A program made the position numbers and the translations under genes. A stretch of 64,000 nucleotides of DNA from Myxococcota bacterium (GTDB lineage Bacteria > Myxococcota_A > Polyangia > Polyangiales > Sandaracinaceae): contig JAYZQJ010000149.1 of assembly GCA_036149055.1 (NCBI GenBank), forward strand, positions 1-64,000, read 5' to 3'. Each line of letters starts with the position of its first letter. Position 1 is the first letter of the stretch. The notes under the pieces were generated by a model. It was not told the origin of the DNA. It worked only from the letters and a program-made list of their open reading frames with translations, and made no database searches. This document shows positions 63,082 to 64,000 of the stretch, in pieces.

Positions 63082-64000
63082 TCAGAAGATGATGTCGCAG
63101 TCCAGATCGCCGATGCCGGAGGCGTTGTCGTCCTCGTCGCACTCGGTGACCGCGCCGACGTCGCTGCCGTCGTCGTCGACGACCGCCACGAAGGCGTAGG
63201 GAGGATCGCCGGCGAGGGCGACGTCGGCGAGCTCCACCACGGTGGTGGCGCCCGGGAGGAGCGGCACGGCGGTGGGCACGGTGCCGAGCAGCGCGCCGCG
63301 CGCGTCGGGGGTGCCGGTGTAGAAGCTGACCATCACGCCCGCCGGCGCGCCGAGGCTGCCCTCGTTGGTGACGCGCGCCCGGAGCGTCGCGGACTCGGGG
63401 CAGCCGTCGAGCAGCACCTCGAGCGCGAGCACCTTGAGATCGGGCGCGTTGAAGACGCCCTCGCCCTGGGTGTTCTGCCGGTAGTTGTTGAGGCCCGGCG
63501 TGGACCAGTTGTCCATCTCCACGCGCGGCACGCCGCCCGACGCGGTGACGTTGGTGACGTGGTAGGCGTGCTGGTTCCAGATGCGGCGGGTGCGCACCCA
63601 GAGATCCCTCATGTCGCCGTAGACGAAGATCCCCTCGCGCTGGCCGTCCCAGCTGGAGTCGATGGCCCGGCACTGGGCGGGGAGGCCGCTGTTGCGGTCG
63701 TTGGCGACGATCACGATCTCGCTGTTGCCGTCCGCGTCGACGTCGGCGACCAGCGGGTACTCGTGAATGGTCGCGCTGGAGTTCGGGATCTCGACGAGCA
63801 CGCTGCCGTCGGCGCCGCGGTAGACCCGCACGAAGCACTCGTCGGCGTAGACGACCTCCGCCGCTCCGTCGCCCTCGAAGTCGAACACGCTCGAGCCGGT
63901 CGCGTTGCTGCTGACGTCCTGCGTCGTCTGCGACCAGAGCACGCCGCTCGCCTCCGCCGGGTCGTAGACGCTGTAGCTCGCCGCGCCGGCCACGCCGATC
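63082..64000 (-). CDS. C-terminal part of an FG-GAP/VCBS repeat protein with CARDB-like Ig domain (5' end outside the window)
   Basis: FDFEGDGAAEVVYADE, VADVDADGNSEIV, WNQHAYHVTNV, PDL...VTECDEDDN. Confidence 0.88.
   Translation of the reverse strand, partial: IGVAGAASYSVYDPAEASGVLWSQTTQDVSSNATGSSVFDFEGDGAAEVVYADECFVRVYRGADGSVLVEIPNSSATIHEYPLVADVDADGNSEIVIVANDRNSGLPAQCRAIDSSWDGQREGIFVYGDMRDLWVRTRRIWNQHAYHVTNVTASGGVPRVEMDNWSTPGLNNYRQNTQGEGVFNAPDLKVLALEVLLDGCPESATLRARVTNEGSLGAPAGVMVSFYTGTPDARGALLGTVPTAVPLLPGATTVVELADVALAGDPPYAFVAVVDDDGSDVGAVTECDEDDNASGIGDLDCDIIF

Overview
Very GC-rich bacterial DNA. MYXO-CTERM proteins, an AgmX/PglI domain, a DUF1552/DUF1592 pair, Hanks-type kinases and many Cys-rich lipoproteins point to Myxococcota, probably a Polyangiales/Sandaracinaceae-like organism (inference). 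The window has about 55 CDS, including fbp, pfkA, udk, asnS, an ABC-F ATPase and an MbnP/MbnH pair. No rRNA, tRNA, CRISPR array or transposase was recognised. The strongest signal is two paralogous modules of ECF sigma, FecR/TPR anti-sigma, small beta-barrel-like protein and Cys-rich lipoprotein (12.4-16.8 kb and 53.2-60.3 kb), neither with a TonB-dependent receptor. In each module a different bipartite promoter-like motif occurs twice with identical spacing, once before the sigma gene and once before a candidate target (a Cys-rich lipoprotein in module 1; a knottin-like lipoprotein-DUF1592-DUF1552 operon in module 2). Other signals: a lower-GC island (about 5.6-8.7 kb) with duplicated membrane-protein genes, three intergenic inverted-repeat elements, an orphan tandem operator before a GST, a MetOD1/kinase pair back-to-back with a beta-propeller-MbnP-MbnH operon, a disintegrin-like repeat surface protein, a flippase-sulfatase fusion, and frequent leaderless gene starts. 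All family calls come from motif recognition by eye; no database searches were run.
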